64,000 nt of DNA from a virus (lineage: Duplodnaviria > Caudoviricetes), in the IMG/VR virus record IMGVR_UViG_3300045747_000505. One strand, given 5' to 3'. The number at the start of each line of letters is the position of its first letter. Positions within the stretch are counted from its first letter, which is position 1. A program made the position numbers and the translations under genes. This document shows positions 59,636 through 64,000 of the stretch, piece by piece. Under the pieces are notes generated by a model. It was not told where the DNA came from. It worked only from the letters and a program-made list of their open reading frames with translations, and ran no database searches.

Positions 59636-59875
59636 ATGAACGACATGATGCTCGAGCTGTACGAACGTCTCAAGGAAATGAGCAAGGCCTACGACGTCAC
59701 CATCGTGACCACGCCGCGCGGTTGGGTGCAACCCGTGGAGCTGGCCTTCATGACCGCCAAGCCGAAGGCTGACGCCACGATCGTCAAGTTCGAGCAGCTC
59801 AAGGTTCGTGAGTCCGCCGAGTACATGACCAACATCCTTCGCTTCGACCCACACGCCGGCAATCAATCATCGTGA
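59636..59875 (+). CDS. Hypothetical protein
   Basis: Phage codon usage resumes after the endonuclease. Confidence 0.65.
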   Translation: MNDMMLELYERLKEMSKAYDVTIVTTPRGWVQPVELAFMTAKPKADATIVKFEQLKVRESAEYMTNILRFDPHAGNQSS

Positions 59876-60420
59876 AGACAGCACGCCACCTCTGGCTTGA
59901 CCTTGAGGACACCATCATCACGCCAGTTCTGAATGGCTGGTTCAATGTTCAGCTCATGAACATTGTCAAGGTGCGGCAGGTCATCAAAGAGTTTGAGCCA
60001 GACTACGTGCACATCTTCTCGTTCGCCATCTGGGATCAGGCGCAGCTGCACGGCTTCAACACTCTGCTGCGTGATCACCTTGAACGTGCACTTGGCGTTG
60101 AGTTCAGCGTGGTGCCAACGGTGGACGACGACATTCTGCCACGCTGCTGCAAGGTTGCTGGCATTCACCGTGACACGGTCTCCTTTCTGGAGATGAGCGA
60201 CTTCTGGGGCAAGCACGAGGCGTTTCGCCTGTTCATGCGCTCGACCTACGCCAACATGCAACCCGACGTCTCCGTCGACGTCATGCTGCTCGACGACTCG
60301 GTCATCAACGAATCCTTCAACTGGCCTGACCTTCGAATCTCAGGTCGCATCTTCAACATCGAGAAGCCCATATGTCTTCAACCGTCATCTCAGCCTATCT
60401 GGACGCCGCGAACGGCGTGA
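59872..60420 (+). CDS. HAD-superfamily-like hydrolase
   Basis: LWLDLEDT (motif I-like), IFS (motif II), MLLDD (motif IV). Confidence 0.55.
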   Translation: MKTARHLWLDLEDTIITPVLNGWFNVQLMNIVKVRQVIKEFEPDYVHIFSFAIWDQAQLHGFNTLLRDHLERALGVEFSVVPTVDDDILPRCCKVAGIHRDTVSFLEMSDFWGKHEAFRLFMRSTYANMQPDVSVDVMLLDDSVINESFNWPDLRISGRIFNIEKPICLQPSSQPIWTPRTA

Positions 60421-60767
60421 CTCCCGTTGCTCCGGTCCCTGCGAAGCAGGCCAAGCCGAAGCGTGAGCCGAAGCCAGCACGGATCACCGTCACCGACGAA
60501 ACGCGTGAGCGTCGTGCCTCCTACAAGAGCGCGCTCAAGTGCGGCAAGTGGGTCATCGAGTTCATCAAGGTCGACGGCACGCCGGCCGTGATGGAGTGCA
60601 CGCTCGACGCCAAGTACCTGCCCGCCGTCGATCCGCTGAAGCCGATCGTGTCGCGCCCAGATGTCAGCGAACACCTGCTCCACGTCTACGCCACCGACCG
60701 TCAAGCCTGGCGCTCGTTCACCGTCGACAACGTCACGAAGTTCTACAAGCTCGTGGAGTCGCTGTGA
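60372..60767 (+). CDS. WYL_2/Sm-like phage protein
   Basis: IEFIKVDGT..MECTL...VY.TDRQAWRSF..DNV. Confidence 0.7.
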   Translation: MSSTVISAYLDAANGVTPVAPVPAKQAKPKREPKPARITVTDETRERRASYKSALKCGKWVIEFIKVDGTPAVMECTLDAKYLPAVDPLKPIVSRPDVSEHLLHVYATDRQAWRSFTVDNVTKFYKLVESL

Positions 60768-61207
60768 CCGCCCCGCTCATCGGCGACACCCGTCCAGCGC
60801 CAGACGGCAACGGCACCGAGTACTTCACAGACAAGGGCTGGGTGTTGATTGCGTCCGCACCATCGTATTCAAATCCGTTCACCGACATCTTCGCAGCGCA
60901 GGCAAAGCAGCACGATGCCCTGCTCGCCAAGTACGGTCCCAACTACAATCGCCCAGCGCTGGTGTTCAATCTGAACGTGGCCGAGAAGGCCGTCGTTGAT
61001 GCGTGGCTCGAATCCCTGCTGCCTGAGATCAAGGCGAAGGGTGGGCGCATCGACGTCGGCGGCACGCCGTACTACGGCGCTATGGGTGGCGGCGTCATCT
61101 ACAGCTTTCTGTCGACCAGCCTCGGCGACATCATCACCGTCAAGGAGGCGATCACGGGCAAAGAGCTCAACGTGACCGAAGCTCTTGGCTGGTTCTTCTT
61201 CGGTTAA
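60764..61207 (+). CDS. Hypothetical protein
   Basis: GGAG RBS; GTGA overlap. Confidence 0.6.
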   Translation: MTAPLIGDTRPAPDGNGTEYFTDKGWVLIASAPSYSNPFTDIFAAQAKQHDALLAKYGPNYNRPALVFNLNVAEKAVVDAWLESLLPEIKAKGGRIDVGGTPYYGAMGGGVIYSFLSTSLGDIITVKEAITGKELNVTEALGWFFFG

Positions 61208-61221
61208 CTTCAAGGACTTCA

Positions 61222-61542
61222 ATGATCATCAAGTGTCTCAAGCTCATCGGCGGTGAAGAAATCGTCTTCGACTATCAAGGTACCGCCACCGTCGAGGGCG
61301 TTCGCTGCCACATCGTGCAGAACGTCGTCGCCTTTCAGATGCTGCGGCATCCAGAAACCGGTCAGCCGATGGAGGCCTTCGGTGAGTGGCCGAAGCTGGC
61401 GCAGCCAGGTCAGGTTCAGCATATCCCTCTGACCTCGGCGATAAATATGCCGTTGGACGCCAACGAAGAGCTGGCTCGTCACTATCAACAATCCATCACC
61501 GGCATCAGCCTGCCACCGACCCCGAAAATTCTGCTCAGCTAA
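61222..61542 (+). CDS. Conserved-type T4-like small protein (Sm-like)
   Basis: IKCLKLIGGEEIV...Y.QSITGISLP. Confidence 0.7.
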   Translation: MIIKCLKLIGGEEIVFDYQGTATVEGVRCHIVQNVVAFQMLRHPETGQPMEAFGEWPKLAQPGQVQHIPLTSAINMPLDANEELARHYQQSITGISLPPTPKILLS

Positions 61543-61551
61543 GGAGACCGC

Positions 61552-61788
61552 TTGAACTACGCCGCCATCATGAACGCTCTGCCGAAGGACGTTGCCACGC
61601 TTCTTCAACGCCACCTGGATGCCATGGAGATCGACTTTCTCGCTCCAGACCTCGTCCACTCGCTTGTTGTCGAAGCCGTCGAACGGACCAAGACGGAGAT
61701 GACCGTTGATGCCGGCGTGCGTGGCATGGTCGAAATGCTGCTTGGGCAGATGCCAGACGCCGCCGTTCAAGTGCTCTGCATGTCATGA
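61552..61788 (+). CDS. Hypothetical protein
   Basis: AAGGAG RBS then TTG. Confidence 0.6.
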   Translation: MNYAAIMNALPKDVATLLQRHLDAMEIDFLAPDLVHSLVVEAVERTKTEMTVDAGVRGMVEMLLGQMPDAAVQVLCMS

Positions 61789-61964
61789 GCATTGAGGATC
61801 AAGTAGCTGCGCTGATCAAGAAGCACGACGAGCAGGCGCGACGCCTTCACCTTGCCGAGCTTCGTCTGAAGGCGCACGTTGCCAAGCTGGAGGAGCAGGC
61901 AAGACGCATCGCAGCTCTTCAAGCTTCGGTCACGGCGCTCTCTCAGCGGGTCAGCCGATCCTAA
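61785..61964 (+). CDS. Small coiled-coil protein (59 aa)
   Basis: ATGA overlap; heptad pattern. Confidence 0.55.
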   Translation: MSIEDQVAALIKKHDEQARRLHLAELRLKAHVAKLEEQARRIAALQASVTALSQRVSRS

Positions 61965-61994
61965 TCAGGACCCTCCACAGTTTCCGCAATCCCG

Positions 61995-62002
61995 TATAAA
62001 TA
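61995..62002 (+). promoter_or_regulatory. T4-type late promoter TATAAATA; related ATAAATA at 13032, 49739, 52427, 57891 and TAAATA at 63816
   Basis: Exact T4 gp55 consensus in an intergenic position; variants sit at gene boundaries. Confidence 0.55.
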
Positions 62003-62146
62003 GAACATCAGCTCAGGAGATACCCTTCCGTGTCCTACTCGTCCTTGTCATCGCTAGCCTATTGCTCACCACTGGTGGGTAGTGGCGCGCCTACACTTGG
62101 ACCACGCAGAGGTTCCCAACGATAAGAGATCACTAAGATCCAATCG

Positions 62147-62178
62147 AACGGGAACCCTCGAAAGAAGGTTCCCGTTTT
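62147..62178 (+). terminator. Rho-independent terminator
   Basis: AACGGGAACC...GGTTCCCGTT-TT. Confidence 0.7.
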
Positions 62179-62202
62179 CGTATCTGTGTGATACAATAGA
62201 AC

Positions 62203-62808
62203 ATGTCTAAATTTTACGCCTACATTTATAGAGACAACGAGGTTCCGTTTTATGTTGGTAAGGGAACAGGCAATCGTGCCTATCTTCATCTTACCGACCG
62301 AAGAGGATCACACTTTACAAATAGGGTTCAGCGTCTCGTAAGAGAAGGTCGAGCCCCGACAATAGAAATCATCGAAGCGCTGGACGAGGACCACGCCAAG
62401 TTTTTAGAAGTTTGTCTCATCGAGGTCATTGGTCGTGCCGACCTTGGCAAAGGAACATTGTTGAACCTAACCGATGGTGGCGATGGTAGAACAACTTGGT
62501 CTGAAGAACAGAAACGGCATCACTCTGAAAAAATGACGGGACAGAAGAGAACGGAAGAAACCAAAAGACTGATGTCTGAAGTACAATCGCAGATACCAAG
62601 ACAGAAGGCAAAACCAGGCGAAAAGAAACGAGGACCAGCGAAAGGAACGAAGTACGCAAATCGTGTCAACGGAACCTTTAGCGACGAACATCGACTAAAG
62701 TTGGCGCAATCTCAAACCGGAAAAACGCATTCGCCTGAGACCCGTGCCAAGATCGCAGAGACACGGCGGAAGACAGAAGAACGAAAGAAGATGTTACAGA
62801 CAACCTAG
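62203..62808 (+). mobile_element. Free-standing GIY-YIG homing endonuclease with NUMOD3-type repeats
   Basis: YAYIY...FYVGKGTGNR...H...GTLLNLTDGGDG; HSEKM, HSPETRAKIAE; A-rich. Confidence 0.85.
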
Positions 62809-62954
62809 GTCGTTACAAAAAAGTGATGTACAGGGTCTGAGAACATGATAGAATAGCTTCATCGGTTGGAAATACAAGCTCTCACAAATCTTGTTACGAA
62901 CAACCTGAGACGTTACAAAAAAGTGGTGTACAATCGATAGGATTATGTTATAGT
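62793..62954 (+). promoter_or_regulatory. Two tandem sigma70-like promoters, 100-bp period, each with a GTTAC pair
   Basis: GTTAC-N14-GTTAC-N9-(A/G)TGTAC-N17-TAGAAT/TATAGT at 62793 and 62893. Confidence 0.8.
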
Positions 62955-62960
62955 AGCTCT

Positions 62961-63352
62961 ATCGATTGGACACGGTCCAGTAAGCAAGCCCTAAACACCT
63001 TGCGACCCTCTGCAAAGAGGCTGCTCTAGAAGGCAACGATGCCTTCGATCAAAATTTGAACATGCCAACAGCTTACGCTGATGGTCAATGCATCTGGTTA
63101 GAACGGGCTCCAATGGGCGCCCCAGTATTGCCGGTCACGTTGATTGTCTAACGTAAGAACTTGTCTTGCCTCTAGTGTATGTGCCTGAAATAACCGGTCC
63201 TTGTAGGCCGAAGGCTGAAACGTGTACCGTAAGTTCGAAAGGACTGAGGAGTCGTCAGTGGTCGTCGCTAGAACGTAAGACAAAACCTGGACTGTTGGCG
63301 ACTTTGACACGACGCTGTATTGCGCTCCTCTGTCATCGTTAGTAATGGTCCA
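62961..63352 (+). ncRNA. Unassigned structured RNA (~390 nt) at the head of the tRNA operon
   Basis: No credible ORF; several tetraloop-capped hairpins and nested complementary segments. Confidence 0.55.
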
Positions 63353-63356
63353 CTAT

Positions 63357-63431
63357 AGGAGATTAGCTCAGAGGCAGAGCAACGCCCTTACAAGGCGAAG
63401 GTCGGGATTTCGAAATTCCCATCTCCTACCA
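63357..63431 (+). tRNA. tRNA-Val(TAC)
   Basis: AGGAGAT/ATCTCCT-A-CCA; loop CT-TAC-AA; TTCGAAA. Confidence 0.92.
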
Positions 63432-63502
63432 TATCAAAGATCATCAGAGACACAGCCGCCCTAAGCCGCGGAAGTATGGTGGTGATCGGTGTTCTTTGAT
63501 AT

Positions 63503-63590
63503 GGTTGTATGGGTGAGATGGCTGAAACCGCCTGTCTGTAAAACAGGTTCCCGAAAGGACACGTTGGTTCAAATCCAACTGCAACCACCA
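63503..63590 (+). tRNA. tRNA-Tyr(GTA)
   Basis: GGTTGTA/TGCAACC-A-CCA; CCTGT-CTGTAAA-ACAGG; long variable arm. Confidence 0.9.
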
Positions 63591-63597
63591 GAATAAT

Positions 63598-63683
63598 GGA
63601 TGACGAGTAGCACTGGCGACTACAGCGGACTGTAACCCCGCCGCCTTATGGCATACTAGGTTCGACTCCTAGGTCATCCACCA
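63598..63683 (+). tRNA. tRNA-Tyr(GTA), second divergent copy
   Basis: GGATGAC/GTCATCC-A-CCA; loop CT-GTA-AC; long variable arm; CTAGG-TTCGACT-CCTAG. Confidence 0.88.
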
Positions 63684-63687
63684 GATT

Positions 63688-63795
63688 TATCAGCTCGGCG
63701 CGACGTGCGCTGGCAGACATGGAAACGGCGATGCTTCGGCATTTAGGTCCGCCCATAGCGTCCGGGAAACACAGGCCTGGATTTACCGAGCTGAG
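63688..63795 (+). ncRNA. Unassigned small structured RNA (~105 nt) ending the tRNA operon
   Basis: Closing helix TCAGCTCGG/CCGAGCTGA then T-run; internal ATGC-TTCG-GCAT hairpin. Confidence 0.5.
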
Positions 63796-63842
63796 TTTTT
63801 GTATTAGGCTAATCGTAAATAGTCGATAGCAAGGAGACATTG

Positions 63843-64000
63843 ATGAACTTGTCCGAGATCTACGACCAACGAAATAAGTCTGGCTGGCTTTACCTTTGCG
63901 AAGCGCCTCAGCAAATTGGCGATGTCGATTGGAACCTCTCAGACCCAAAGGTGAATGCTGAACATCGTGACAAGCTGCTTGCATCGCATCCAACCAGCCT
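63843..64000 (+). CDS. Hypothetical protein (3' truncated by window)
   Basis: TAAATA, AAGGAG RBS, MNLSEIYDQRNK..., open to the end of the window. Confidence 0.6.
   Translation, partial: MNLSEIYDQRNKSGWLYLCEAPQQIGDVDWNLSDPKVNAEHRDKLLASHPTS

Noticed and set aside
62961-63352. Group I intron associated with the upstream GIY-YIG gene
   Set aside because: No interrupted host gene, and no recognisable P7/J8-7 core or terminal G junction could be identified by eye

Overview
This window looks like part of a GC-rich jumbo dsDNA phage genome with T4-superfamily-like replication genes. Nearly all genes are on the + strand. The host is probably a Betaproteobacterium (inferred from CGGGG lipoproteins, a TAXI receptor and a MofA-like oxidase). 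Content from left to right: (1) clamp-loader subunits, a stand-alone mini-DnaE, nucleotidyltransferase, two lipoproteins, DNA ligase, phosphoesterase, HNH nuclease and RNA ligase; (2) an envelope/transport block (LemA-like, PspA-like, SBP-OmpA, ABC permease/ATPase, TAXI receptor); (3) two large secreted multicopper oxidases with a SCO-cytochrome c chaperone, plus two secreted Ig/FN3 proteins, resembling bacterial Mn(II)-oxidation loci; (4) an NAD+ salvage pair (NadM-Nudix and NAMPT) around a vWA/PurA-like block; (5) a translation-control island with a circularly permuted tmRNA, an amber-suppressor tRNA(CUA), a Pth2-like gene interrupted by an in-frame TAG and a second ATG-ATC-TAG leader coupled to a downstream gene; (6) three GIY-YIG homing endonucleases; (7) a tRNA operon (Val, Tyr, Tyr) with two unexplained structured RNAs. 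Intergenic regions carry two phage-specific boxes (GTTAC, GAACCT) at fixed, helically phased distances from sigma70-like -10 elements. All family assignments come from motifs read by eye; no database searches were run.
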